Shown: piece by piece, positions 18,973 to 28,659 of the stretch | Layout of the letters: each line of letters starts with the position of its first letter | Numbering within the stretch: the stretch's first letter is position 1 | Assembly: GCA_016928395.1 (NCBI GenBank) | Contig: JAFGKV010000155.1 | Span: forward strand, 1 to 35,507 | DNA from: Candidatus Fermentibacterota bacterium | GTDB taxonomy: Bacteria > JAFGKV01 | Length of the DNA stretch: 35,507 nt | Reading direction: 5' to 3' | Made by a program: the position numbers and the translations under genes | The notes under the pieces: model-generated | What the model was told of the DNA's origin: nothing | Database searches by the model: none | Seen by the model: only the letters and a program-made list of their open reading frames with translations

Positions 18973-19773
18973 CTATCGCTGGTGCACTACGACGTGTGGG
19001 AAGGGTATCTCTATACCCTGCGCGTCAAGGGCCTCCTTGATGCGTCGGGTGGTGTCGAACTTCACATCCCAGTAGTCGGCGGTCTTGCACCAAGGACGAA
19101 CCACAAGGTTCACACTGGAGTCGGCCAGGTCAGCCACGGCGATCTGCGGCGCCGGATCACCGAGAATCCGTTCGTCGCTATTCACGACGTCGCGGATGGT
19201 GGTGATGGCCTTCTCGATTGACGCTCCGTAGGCAATGCCGATCAGCAGATCTACCCGCCGGGTATCCTCCGCCGTCACGTTCTTGATGGTGTCACCGAAG
19301 ACCTTTCCGTTGGGCACGATGATACGGATATTGTCCGGAGTCACGATCATCGTCGTGAAGAGATGCATTTCCTTCACGACTCCCGCCACGCCGCCCGCCT
19401 CCACATAGTCACCGATCCGGAAAGGACGAAACAGCAGGAGCATGACTCCTGCCGCGAAGTTTGCCAGCGAACCCTGTAGCGCAAAGCCCACCGCAAAGCT
19501 TGCTGCACCGAGAACAGCGACCAACGATGCCGTTTCAACGCCGAATTTGCCCAAGGCTGCCAATGCCGCCACCGTGAGCACCAAGAAGTAGACAAGGCTC
19601 CCGACGAAACCGGCGACCGCGGGATCGGTCTTGGACTTGGCGAGACCACGCGTGGCACCTGCTCTGGCCCAGTTGGCGAAGATCCGGCCAACAAGGAGAA
19701 TCAGGATCGCGCCGACGATGCGGATTCCGTATGATGTGGCGAACGAGATCAAGGTCTCTGTCACCCGTTCCAT
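18973..19773 (-). CDS. mscS: Small-conductance mechanosensitive channel
   Basis: AVGFALQGSLANFAAG..RPFRIGD, IIVPN, RRVDL, GIEIPFP. Confidence 0.96.
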   Translation of the reverse strand: MERVTETLISFATSYGIRIVGAILILLVGRIFANWARAGATRGLAKSKTDPAVAGFVGSLVYFLVLTVAALAALGKFGVETASLVAVLGAASFAVGFALQGSLANFAAGVMLLLFRPFRIGDYVEAGGVAGVVKEMHLFTTMIVTPDNIRIIVPNGKVFGDTIKNVTAEDTRRVDLLIGIAYGASIEKAITTIRDVVNSDERILGDPAPQIAVADLADSSVNLVVRPWCKTADYWDVKFDTTRRIKEALDAQGIEIPFPHVVVHQR

Positions 19774-19855
19774 GGTGTCCCCTCCTTAGGTCATTCCAAG
19801 ACCCGGATAGTGATGTCGCACTACGGCAAGCGGAGCGTGAGAGGCCACCCGCCTC

Positions 19856-21670
19856 TCAGTCGCCCGCCGGTGGTTGATTGATGTGGTACTCGTCATCCGG
19901 GATATCCAGAATCTCGAGGCGCCGACCCTCGAATCCCCTCTTCTCGGCGACCACGCGATAGTCGAACGAAACAGACGAGGCGCCCCCGTTCAACTCAACT
20001 ACCTCGAACCATGTCGTGCCCTTTTCGACGTACACACCGTTGCAGGGACCGCTCAACTGCACGAACACCTTCATCGGATGGGCCTCATCGCTGCGTACGG
20101 TCTCGAGGAAGAGCGGGTCCAGCGGTACGTGTGCCCGACCGTTCTCAAGACGCCCGGCGCCGAAGTCTTCGACCCAGTTGCCGGCCGCGGTCATGACATC
20201 CAGCGCCGTCGTACCGTGCGACGTGCGGATCATGTTACGCATGAGACCGCTCCCACCGATACCGCCTATATAATAGACGCCATAGCCGCTGGGTGACGAA
20301 CTGATGCCCATGACACCATAGTTGATGTGATCATCCTCACCGTAGACTTGGGCTCTGACGGCGGTGCCGTTGGGTGCCCAGGTGTAGGCGGAAAGCCCAT
20401 TTCCACTGCCCGATGTCGCTGACGCGCTGGCAACCACACCAACACCACCCACGGCCGAAGAAGTGCCACGCACGCCGTTGATTCCCTCGCCATAGACGCC
20501 ATACCCTGCCGTTGAAGTGGCCTTCCCGTAGACACCATAGGTAGTGCCGGACCCGGCCTCCGCGTGCCCGTAGACACCATATCCGGCAGATGAGCTGTTC
20601 ACGGCTCGCACCGCATAGGTGGTCCCGATCGACGATGTCGCGTCGGCGTGAACCGCAAAGCCGGAGGTGCCCGAGATCCTTCCGTAGACGCCGTAGGAGC
20701 CCCAGGTTGTCGTGCTGATGCCCATGACGCCATAGCCGCCGGGATAATCGGTCACGCCGATGACCCCGTTGCGGCCACCAAAGAAGCCTCCCGGCGCATA
20801 GTATGTCCCGAGATCGCTCTCGTCGTAGCCCTCATGCACGCCGATGACGCCAAAGCCATCATCGGAGTCGGTGCGGCCGTACACACCAAAGCTCGTCCCG
20901 GTCGACGCGTCGGCGAAACCATAGACACCCGTGCCGCTGGGGGACTGAGTCTGGAAGTAGCCCGCGTAGTTCGGCCCGGTGGAGTTCAGGGCATAGCCGA
21001 ACACTGCCTGGCCAGTTGATGATGCGCTATACGCATACACGCCGTAGTTGACGCCGGTGCTGGCGGTGCAATACCCGACGACTCCTCTTCCCGCTGTCGA
21101 ACTGCTGACTCCGGTCACGCCAGTGGTAAGTCCTGTGGTGGCCGTTGCCCACCCGTACAGCCCCCTACCCTCCGTCGAACTCACTTGACCGTAGGCGCCG
21201 TAGGTGGTGCCGGTGGTGGCCGTATTGACCGTAGCAAGCACGGCCCCTGAGCCGGTCGTCACCGATCCGGAGATCTGTGTCCCCGGCACCAGCCCGCTGG
21301 CCATATAGGCATAACCCACAGAGGCGAGTCGCGAACGTGGCGACACTGTGGTGCCGGAGAAGGTTACCGAAAGCCAGTAGTCCGTGGTGAAATCCAGTGT
21401 GATGGCCGGCTGCGGGCTCTCGCCGAGCAAGACATTGAAGATGCCTCCGCTGACCGCCACGGTTTGGGCATTGCTGTCCCATCTCAGTGTTCCACCGCTC
21501 TCGGCATCGTAGACCCGGAAACGCATGGAGTAGCTCGCATCAGGCACCGGGTTGCCCGCCGTGTCGGTAACCTTGCCCTGATAGCTGATAACCTGGGGGA
21601 TCTCCGCGTGGGAAGAAAAGACAAGGAAGAGCAAGGTGACAACTGCAGAAAACAGAAGAGTGAGTCGCAT
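19856..21670 (-). CDS. Secreted fibre-like protein 1: signal peptide, ISYQG domain, Gly/Thr GVYG repeats, phage-fibre-type C-terminal module
   Basis: IPQVISYQGKVTD; many G-V-Y-G repeats; WVEDFGAGRLENGRAHVPLDPLF...FDYRVVAEKRG; GGAGG RBS. Confidence 0.8.
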   Translation of the reverse strand: MRLTLLFSAVVTLLFLVFSSHAEIPQVISYQGKVTDTAGNPVPDASYSMRFRVYDAESGGTLRWDSNAQTVAVSGGIFNVLLGESPQPAITLDFTTDYWLSVTFSGTTVSPRSRLASVGYAYMASGLVPGTQISGSVTTGSGAVLATVNTATTGTTYGAYGQVSSTEGRGLYGWATATTGLTTGVTGVSSSTAGRGVVGYCTASTGVNYGVYAYSASSTGQAVFGYALNSTGPNYAGYFQTQSPSGTGVYGFADASTGTSFGVYGRTDSDDGFGVIGVHEGYDESDLGTYYAPGGFFGGRNGVIGVTDYPGGYGVMGISTTTWGSYGVYGRISGTSGFAVHADATSSIGTTYAVRAVNSSSAGYGVYGHAEAGSGTTYGVYGKATSTAGYGVYGEGINGVRGTSSAVGGVGVVASASATSGSGNGLSAYTWAPNGTAVRAQVYGEDDHINYGVMGISSSPSGYGVYYIGGIGGSGLMRNMIRTSHGTTALDVMTAAGNWVEDFGAGRLENGRAHVPLDPLFLETVRSDEAHPMKVFVQLSGPCNGVYVEKGTTWFEVVELNGGASSVSFDYRVVAEKRGFEGRRLEILDIPDDEYHINQPPAGD

Positions 21671-21909
21671 CGGATCCTCCGAGCCTGAGTGAGAGGGACA
21701 TTCAATGCCGGAGCAAATGCCCCGGCCGTCAGATGCGAGAGCCTCCTTTGACCTCGCGCATGACTGCAACATGTCGCGGCGTGAGTCCCATCGCAACCCA
21801 AGGGCGATGGACTTGTCGCATCGAGTGCGCGGCCTCTTCCCTCTCGAGGCAGGAGCCAGCGTCCCTCCCCGTGCGCCACTCGACCCTCATGTGTCTCGGT
21901 CTATGCCGA

Positions 21910-22563
21910 TCAACCCGCCCTGTGCCCTGTACGAAGGGGCTCCATGACAAAGACGCCGCCACACCTCGAAACCTGCGTGTACGTCACATGCAGTCCCGCG
22001 ATCTCGCAGGCCTCGGCCGCCTCATCCGCTGCCCAGTAGTGCTCGTCTTCATCCCATAGGTCCTCCCACTCCCCGTGGGCGCGCTCCCTCTCCACTGTGG
22101 TCGAAAAGGCCACATCACCAATGACAATCATCCCCCCTGGCGATAGATGGCCCTCGGCCAGCCGGCAGAGCAGGTGCACCTGTGTTGCCAGGTCAAACTC
22201 GTGTAGAACATACGCCGACACAATCCGGTCGAAGCGACGCGCAAGCTCGTTGGGCCAAGGGCGTAGAAGGTCGGCCTGCACCAGGACGGCCCGCGGCAGT
22301 CTCTCCCTTGCCTTCGCAAGCATCTCACTGGAGAAGTCCATGCCCCAGAGGTCACACTCCAGAGCCGCGAACCGGGCCGCCAGATTCCCCGTGCCGACCC
22401 CCAGATCAAGAACCGTCATGCCAGTATGCGCGCCCGCGGCTCTGGCGATTTCGTCCAGCACCCTCTCGTATCCGTCGAAGGGAAACTCACCGGCCTTCTT
22501 TACTGACTGATCGTATCCCCTCGCCCACTCATCGAAGAGCCTGACTCGATGTGGTTGCTCCAC
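21910..22563 (-). CDS. Class I SAM-dependent methyltransferase
   Basis: FDEWA.GYD, VLDLGVGTG, FDRIVSAYVLH; GGAGG RBS. Confidence 0.92.
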   Translation of the reverse strand: MEQPHRVRLFDEWARGYDQSVKKAGEFPFDGYERVLDEIARAAGAHTGMTVLDLGVGTGNLAARFAALECDLWGMDFSSEMLAKARERLPRAVLVQADLLRPWPNELARRFDRIVSAYVLHEFDLATQVHLLCRLAEGHLSPGGMIVIGDVAFSTTVERERAHGEWEDLWDEDEHYWAADEAAEACEIAGLHVTYTQVSRCGGVFVMEPLRTGHRAG

Positions 22564-22696
22564 GCTGCCTCACCTCCACGAGCAATCCGCGGAAACGACA
22601 GGATTCAGGGATGCTCCGCCCGCATGGCAGCCGGACTCGCCTCTTTGCCTTGAGAAAGGAACGCCCTCAACTGTGTGGGCCTGGTACGATGCCTCC

Positions 22697-24937
22697 CTAC
22701 CGCAGGAGCACACACGGCTGCTCCGCGGTATAGTCTGCGGTAGCCATGCGGCACACGTAGATCCCCGGAGAGACCCGCTGCCCCTTCATGCCGGTGCCGT
22801 CCCACAGAACCGAATGCGCGCCCTCGGCCGCGCTGCCCCGCACCAATGTCCGGACATGCCTGCCTGTAAGATCGTGGACCGTTACCGTCACCTCCGTTTC
22901 GCCGGCCAGCGAGTAGCGAATCCACACGGCGCCAAGAGAGGGATTCGGGTAGGATCCGTGAAGACGCGTGACGGCGGGAGCGGGGTCATCCTCCGCATCC
23001 ACCGGGGGCACCTCCACGGTGACTGTGTTGGACGGGCCGGATTCGCCACCTTGGTACACGGCGGTCACATGGTAGCCATACGCGCCGTCGGCAAGGCCGC
23101 GATCGTCGTACTCGGTCTCCACCACAGTCGAGGCGGTGATTCGCTGCTGATCGCGGTAGACATAATACCCCAGCAGCCCCCGGGACACACCCGCAGGCTC
23201 TCTCCATGCAAGGTGCACATCATGCCCGTACACCTCAGCATTCAGGCTCTCCGGGCAGGCAAGGCCGCCGGTGATCTCTATACTCAGCAGGTATGCGCCG
23301 ATGAGCTCTCCACCTGCGGGAGGGTCGGCGCAGGCCACTCTCAGGAAGTAGTATCCCTGCTGCGGCGTGGTGTAGCTGATCTCGGGCTGCAAATCGCCGT
23401 GGCTGTTGTCATCCGATGCCACGAATGCCTCGGGATCAACGTCCGACCCGTCCTCAAGGTGCGGCCCGTACAGACGAAACTCCGCGTCTAGTTCGCACCC
23501 GGGAATGGTCTCCGTGAACATGCGGAGCTCGACTCCGCCCTCAGAGTAGAAGCGGAGCCAATCCCTGTCTCCCTCGCGGCAGATGGTCTGCGCCAGGTCC
23601 ACGACCTCCAGCGCGAGCAGGATTGCCGCCGACGGTTCGTCGTTGCCGTCAGGACAGGTCAGATCACTGCCGATATCCAGGATGACTCCCTCGATGACCG
23701 TCAGGTTGTAAGGAAGACCCTGGGGAACGAGATACCACGCATCCGCATAGCCACCCCATCCGAAGTTCAAGTGATAGTACCCGTTGGTGTTATAGCCGTC
23801 GACCACGAGGTTGTGTCCCGCATTCCACTGAGGCGTCACCACGGCCAGGTGAGCGGGCAGCGCGTCGATCATGTTGAGGGCAAGATGCCGGTGGAGCAGG
23901 GGGGCTGCCGGGCCCGCCAGCTCGACCTCATCGTGGCCGAACCGCAGGTAGGCCTGATGCGCCTGGTCTACACTGAAGGTGCCGGAGCCCTGAGAGCTGT
24001 ACACTTGACGGGCGGCAATGCCGCACCCGAAGACGACGGCGGCCTTGTCGGTGTTCGTCATCGCCGTGGCGCTTTCGTAATGGGCGGTGAGCGTATCCAG
24101 GTAGACGTTCAGCTCAGGAAATGAAGGGAAGCCATGGGGTTCATGATCATCATCGATCCAGTACTGGCCCGCATAGTTGTGGAAGTAGTCATCCGCATCG
24201 GAAAAGCGGGTGTCGTTCAATGATCCGTGATAGGTGAGTATCTGGGCCATGGCCACGGCGGGGCAGCCCGCAAGACTCCTCTGGCCCGTGGTCGGATCGA
24301 CCGGGCAGAGGTTGTTGTACGGCGGATCCTGCGTCCACCTGGTGGCGACCCACCCGCCGGTGGAGGTGGTCCCCGGCGGAGGCCATTGATGAAACTCCCT
24401 GCCGAAGACTGAGGCCCCGGCCGCCCGAACACCCGCGTCCCACATCTGGCGGATCTCGGTGCGCGGGGAGTCCCGGAGCCCCTGGCCGTGCGCCAGTCGA
24501 AGCTGTAGATCACTTTCTAGCAGAGCCAACAGCGGATTTTCTCCCTCGACTGGGGCATGGAGGGGGCTGTGCAGGGAATACGCGATCACGGGCGGCAGGG
24601 CATCGTCTGCCGCGATGATGATGAAACCCAAAGGTCTGATCTCGAACCCGTAGGCCAGGGTGTTCCCGGCATCATCCCGCACCGTCTCCGTGGCTGTGGC
24701 TAAGACCCGGCCCCCGCCCGGGGCCAAATCGCCGAGCGCGGCCTCTGCCACCCGCGCGGCGGTGGCCTCATCCACGGGCGCAGCCCGGAGAAACCCTCCC
24801 GGCAGCATGGCCAGGGCCGCCACGGCGATCAGGCCGACCACAGGCCGAGCGTGCGAGAAGGCCGATAACGGCCCCACCCGCCGGCCGGAAGGGGCAAATG
24901 GGAATCCCGCGAACCCAAAGACCTTCGTCGTACTCAC
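22697..24937 (-). CDS. C10 (streptopain-like) cysteine peptidase with propeptide, PPC-like, FN3-like and FlgD-Ig/T9SS-type C-terminal domains
   Basis: WTQDPPYN..CP, AGCPAVAMAQ (Cys), GHNLVVDGY (His), HLNFGWGG; C-terminal YPNP...HDLTGRHVRTL...WDG...GIYVCR; AAGGAG before GTG 24937. Confidence 0.93.
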   Translation of the reverse strand: MSTTKVFGFAGFPFAPSGRRVGPLSAFSHARPVVGLIAVAALAMLPGGFLRAAPVDEATAARVAEAALGDLAPGGGRVLATATETVRDDAGNTLAYGFEIRPLGFIIIAADDALPPVIAYSLHSPLHAPVEGENPLLALLESDLQLRLAHGQGLRDSPRTEIRQMWDAGVRAAGASVFGREFHQWPPPGTTSTGGWVATRWTQDPPYNNLCPVDPTTGQRSLAGCPAVAMAQILTYHGSLNDTRFSDADDYFHNYAGQYWIDDDHEPHGFPSFPELNVYLDTLTAHYESATAMTNTDKAAVVFGCGIAARQVYSSQGSGTFSVDQAHQAYLRFGHDEVELAGPAAPLLHRHLALNMIDALPAHLAVVTPQWNAGHNLVVDGYNTNGYYHLNFGWGGYADAWYLVPQGLPYNLTVIEGVILDIGSDLTCPDGNDEPSAAILLALEVVDLAQTICREGDRDWLRFYSEGGVELRMFTETIPGCELDAEFRLYGPHLEDGSDVDPEAFVASDDNSHGDLQPEISYTTPQQGYYFLRVACADPPAGGELIGAYLLSIEITGGLACPESLNAEVYGHDVHLAWREPAGVSRGLLGYYVYRDQQRITASTVVETEYDDRGLADGAYGYHVTAVYQGGESGPSNTVTVEVPPVDAEDDPAPAVTRLHGSYPNPSLGAVWIRYSLAGETEVTVTVHDLTGRHVRTLVRGSAAEGAHSVLWDGTGMKGQRVSPGIYVCRMATADYTAEQPCVLLR

Positions 24938-25237
24938 ATCTGTCTCCTTCCCTGCTGCCGTGGCAACAACCCCGCGAGAACCGGGGGATCGGCCTTTCGT
25001 GCTCATGTCGCACAGGAAACTCACCGGCGCTGCGGCTCGCAACCTCCGGGTGCGCTGCGGTCTCTTGACGGCGCGGAGGATCCTCGACCAAGGAGGCCGG
25101 GCGGAGAGAACAAATGTCGTCGCCCCCTCGCCGATGCTCCCATACCTTTGGGACTATCGAACAAGGTGGAGTACGTTCACCGGCGCCTGCCAGGACGCCG
25201 CGCGCGCCCGGGACCCTCACCAGAAAGGAGTGCCGCC

Positions 25238-26917
25238 ATGAACTGGTCGCGCACCCCGCTTCTCTCGATAATGGCTCTCCTCGTGGTTCTCGGCGCCGCG
25301 GGCAATGCCGACATTCCGCAGGTGATCAGTTACCAGGGCAAGGTAACCGATACATCCGGGAACCCGGTGGCCAATGGCAGCTACAGTATGCGGTTCCGGA
25401 TCTACAACGCGGCGACAGGCGGGTCGCTGATGTGGGACAGCGGTGCCCAACCAGTGACGATCACCGGGGGCATCTTCAGTGTGCTCCTGGGAGAAAGCCC
25501 GCAGCCTGTCCTTACGGCCTCCTTCAGCTCCGATTACTGGCTACTGGTGACGGTCCAGGGGATTGACCAGAGCCCTCGGCAGCGAATGGCCTCGGTGGGC
25601 TACGCCTACATGGCCAGCGGCCTGGTGCCGGGCACCGAAGTCAGTGGAGCGGTGACCAGCGGAATCTGCGCCACTATCGCGGGCACCAACACGGCCACCA
25701 TCGGCATGGGTGTCTACGGTTCGGCAACCGCCACCACCGGCGCCACCTACGGGGTGTTCGGCCAAAGCTCTTCCTCCTCCGGCATTGGGGTCCAAGGCAC
25801 TGCTCCCTCCGCGACCGGGTCGACCTCCGGTGTTCTAGGCATTAGTTCCTCAAGCGGCGGTTATGGGGTCTGGGGAATCGCCGGTTCTACCACGGGCAAT
25901 GCCCGAGGGGTCTTCGGATATAGTGCCGCCAATTCCGGCCGGGGCGTCTACGGCTTGGCCACAAACGCGAGCGGCATGACCTACGGAGTCTACGGCGAGA
26001 GCGCCTCCACCAGCGGCACCGGAGTCTACGGTTTCGCCAACGCTACCACCGGCACCACCTACGGCGTGCATGGGAGAAGTGATGCCGTCTCCGGCAGGGG
26101 AGTCTACGGCTGGGTCAACTCGACCACAGGCACGAACTACGGGGTCTACGGGACGGTACTGTCTCCCTCCGGTTACGGCGGCTACTTCTCAGGCAGACTC
26201 GCGACCCTGGCAAACATCAACGGCGATGCGACTCCCGCAAACCATGTGGCCCTGATCCAGAACACCTCCTCGGGCACCAGCCCCGACGTGCTGGCCCTCA
26301 AGGTCGGCTACACGGGCAATCCCAGCTCTGCCGTCAACTACATCACCTTCTTCAAGGGCAATGATGCCGCTGTGGGCGCCATCGAGGGCAACGGAGCCGG
26401 CGGCGTGACGCTGCTGTCAGGCGGAGCCGACTTCGCTGAGTACCTGCCGCTCTTGTACGGTGAGAACCTGGAGGCCGGCGACGTGGTGGGGGTGTTCGAT
26501 GGAGGAGTCGCGAAGCGGACGGAGGGCGCCTCCGCGGTCATGGTAGTGAGCACCCGGCCCATCGTGGTGGGCAACAGCCCCAGAGAGGAAAAGTCATCGG
26601 CCCATGCCCGGGTCGCCTTCATCGGGCAGGTGGAGGTAAAGGTGCGCGGCCCGGTGACCGCGGGTGATCTGCTGATACCTTCGGGTTTAGGCGATGGGAT
26701 TGCCGTGGCACGCTCCCGCCAGGAGATCCGGGCCGCGCAGTTCGGCGCGGTGTTCGGCCAGGCGTGGGAGGGCACCGCGGACAACGGAGTGACTCGAGTT
26801 CGGGCCGCGGTGGGCCTGATGCTGCCCGACCCCACGGTGGCGCGTCTCGAATCGGAACTCCGGGCGACCATCGCTGACCTTCAGGCACGGCTGACCGCTC
26901 TGGAGCAAATGCGATAG
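25238..26917 (+). CDS. Secreted fibre-like protein 2: same N-terminal module, GVYG repeats, peptidase-G2/intramolecular-chaperone-like C-terminus and coiled coil
   Basis: IPQVISYQGKVTD; GADFAEYL, AGDVV, VVST.P.VVGN, VAFIGQVEVKV, GDLL; AAGGAG RBS. Confidence 0.82.
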   Translation: MNWSRTPLLSIMALLVVLGAAGNADIPQVISYQGKVTDTSGNPVANGSYSMRFRIYNAATGGSLMWDSGAQPVTITGGIFSVLLGESPQPVLTASFSSDYWLLVTVQGIDQSPRQRMASVGYAYMASGLVPGTEVSGAVTSGICATIAGTNTATIGMGVYGSATATTGATYGVFGQSSSSSGIGVQGTAPSATGSTSGVLGISSSSGGYGVWGIAGSTTGNARGVFGYSAANSGRGVYGLATNASGMTYGVYGESASTSGTGVYGFANATTGTTYGVHGRSDAVSGRGVYGWVNSTTGTNYGVYGTVLSPSGYGGYFSGRLATLANINGDATPANHVALIQNTSSGTSPDVLALKVGYTGNPSSAVNYITFFKGNDAAVGAIEGNGAGGVTLLSGGADFAEYLPLLYGENLEAGDVVGVFDGGVAKRTEGASAVMVVSTRPIVVGNSPREEKSSAHARVAFIGQVEVKVRGPVTAGDLLIPSGLGDGIAVARSRQEIRAAQFGAVFGQAWEGTADNGVTRVRAAVGLMLPDPTVARLESELRATIADLQARLTALEQMR

Positions 26918-27139
26918 CCCCTCTGGGTGAGAACCGGGAGGCTTGGGGGCCTTCGCGTCGCACCTGTCTGCGTGCGGCCGCGCACAGGCAGACGGGAACA
27001 GGTAGTTCATTACTCCTTCACCGTGCGGTTCTTCCATTCGTTTGACCTGGTAGAGTGACCGGCGCCTTCCCAACGTTCCCAAAACCACCCACGTCCCCAT
27101 CCTGGGTGGCCAATGGGACAGAGGCGAGCGACCCCGAGG

Positions 27140-27340
27140 GGAGAAGGGCCGCCAGATCGAACTCACCGACTGGGCGTGACCTGCCCAGCTCGCCCCCCGG
27201 AAATCCACGGTGGTGATCCGGTAGAATACGTTCAAATAAGGGTTTCCGCTGCCTTTGTGGGGCCGCTGAGTGTCGACGCCGCCAAGGCGGAGCGTATCTT
27301 GTCCTGTGGACAAGTAGCAGCAGCGACACCCGGTCATTGC
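27140..27340 (-). pseudogene. Frameshifted relic of a C-terminal domain like the one ending the 34536-35507 protein
   Basis: GSGNPYLNVFYRITTVDF then, after a shift in the G6 run at 27193-27198, GELGRSRPVGEFDL; aligns by eye with GINNPDANWTYLVIARN...QSDRVSEYEF. Confidence 0.5.
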
Positions 27341-27411
27341 CTGGCGGCTGACAGGGCGAACTCCGCATGGCTATCCATTCACTTCCGTTCACTGGGGGCC
27401 ACGGAGGTAAC

Positions 27412-27636
27412 GTGTTGCGGCACAGTCTTACCGCGGTGATCGAGCGAGAGGGAGAGGGGTATGTCGCTCTGTGCCCCGAGTTAGACATCGCCAGCCAGGG
27501 GGACACCGTCGAGGAGGCGCGCGGGAACCTTCAGGGAGCGGTGGAGCTGTTCTTCGAGACCGCGTCGGAGCATGAGATCCGGGAGCGTCTCCGCGCCGAG
27601 GTGTATGTGACCCAGCTGGAGGTTGCGGTTGGGTAG
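27412..27636 (+). CDS. hicB: HicB-family antitoxin (short form)
   Basis: TAVIEREGEGYVALCPELDIASQGDTVEEARGNLQGAVELF; GGAGG RBS. Confidence 0.92.
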   Translation: MLRHSLTAVIEREGEGYVALCPELDIASQGDTVEEARGNLQGAVELFFETASEHEIRERLRAEVYVTQLEVAVG

Positions 27637-27721
27637 GCTCCAGGGCCTTTCAGGCAGGGAGGTCTGTGCGATACTCGCCGGGCATGGGTTTGGCGAGGTT
27701 CGAAGACGCGACAGCCACATC
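27629..27721 (+). pseudogene. hicA: Truncated HicA toxin (N-terminal 31 codons)
   Basis: LGRLQGLSGREVCAILAGHGFGEVRRRDSHI; GSH changed to DSH, and no VPVP.H..GTL..I half follows. Confidence 0.8.
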
Positions 27722-27846
27722 CGCTCCCTGCGTTGGGTGACGGGCGCTTCCGAGAGCGCTAAGGTTGTTGTGGACCCCGCTCCACTCGAATGTGCCAGAG
27801 GCGGATTCCGGTCTCCCGCCCTCCCTACGCAGTCTCGAGTTCCCTG

Positions 27847-28266
27847 CTATCCGCCAAAACGCTCCAGCAGCGGGACAACGGTGGCGATGACCGCCAGCAC
27901 AACCAGCACCGCGACGAACAGCTTGTTGCGCGCACCGTACGCGTCCAGAAGCTGAGGGTCGTAGTAACGATCGATCTCCTGGTCCTTGTATAAGGCGATC
28001 AAGCCTCCCGTGAGCCTCGCCCGGGTGTGCCGGCCCGCGCGAAGAGCCTTGAAGCAGAAGAAGTTGATGAGAATAGTCGCCGCCACCAGCACGGCGAGAA
28101 TCAGATCCTTGGTGGCGTCTGCCTCGGCTCCCTGTGATGCGGCCACACCCCAGTTGATCCCGAGCACGACTAGATTGAAGAGCACGGCAGTGACCACGAA
28201 CACGGTGTCAGTGCGCGAGCTCTGCTGCAGTTCGCTGACCACATGGGTGTGCAGATGACTCAGCAT
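27847..28266 (-). CDS. Hypothetical membrane protein (139 aa, three TM segments)
   Basis: GGAGG RBS before ATG 28266; MLSHLHTHVVSELQQSSRTDTVFVVTAVLFNL... Confidence 0.8.
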   Translation of the reverse strand: MLSHLHTHVVSELQQSSRTDTVFVVTAVLFNLVVLGINWGVAASQGAEADATKDLILAVLVAATILINFFCFKALRAGRHTRARLTGGLIALYKDQEIDRYYDPQLLDAYGARNKLFVAVLVVLAVIATVVPLLERFGG

Positions 28267-28390
28267 CTCAACCTCCAGGTTGGGGCAAGGCGCGGCGAAA
28301 TCCGGCAGCACCTTCCGGTGTGCGGGCACCAAGATAGCGGCGGCGGCGCCAGAATGCCCGGAGATCGTGTGTCCCGCAGTGACGAGGACC

Positions 28391-28650
28391 GGCAAGGGAG
28401 CGTTGGGGCCCGACGAGTTGGTCAAGCGGATAGAGGCCACGGGTCTGCGCACCATCGTTGCGCACCAGACACTCATCCTCCCGCAACTCGGCGCGCCCGG
28501 CGTCGCCGCCCATGAGGTGAAGAACCGAACCGGGTTCAGGATGGTCTACCCCGTGCGCTCTGCGGACCTGCTTCGGTTCCTCGATGCAGACCTGCAGGCA
28601 GACTCATCCATGCGTCGTGTCTCGTTCACGTTGCATGAGCTCCTTGCCGT
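28391..28650 (+). pseudogene. hgcA: Internal fragment of an hgcA-like corrinoid protein gene
   Basis: GKGALGPDELVKRIEATGLRTIVAHQTLILPQLGAPGVAAHEVKNRTGFRMVY-PVRSADL..FL......SSMRRVSFTL; no NVWCA cap helix and no TM region. Confidence 0.8.
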
Positions 28651-28659
28651 GTGCCTGTG

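Noticed and set aside
19856-26917. Prophage tail module or diversity-generating retroelement
   Set aside because: Both genes have signal peptides; no phage genes, reverse transcriptase or adenine-specific repeat pair
28280-28390. Intact or Sec-containing HgcA cap helix upstream of GKG
   Set aside because: No NVWC or NVW-TGA in any plus frame
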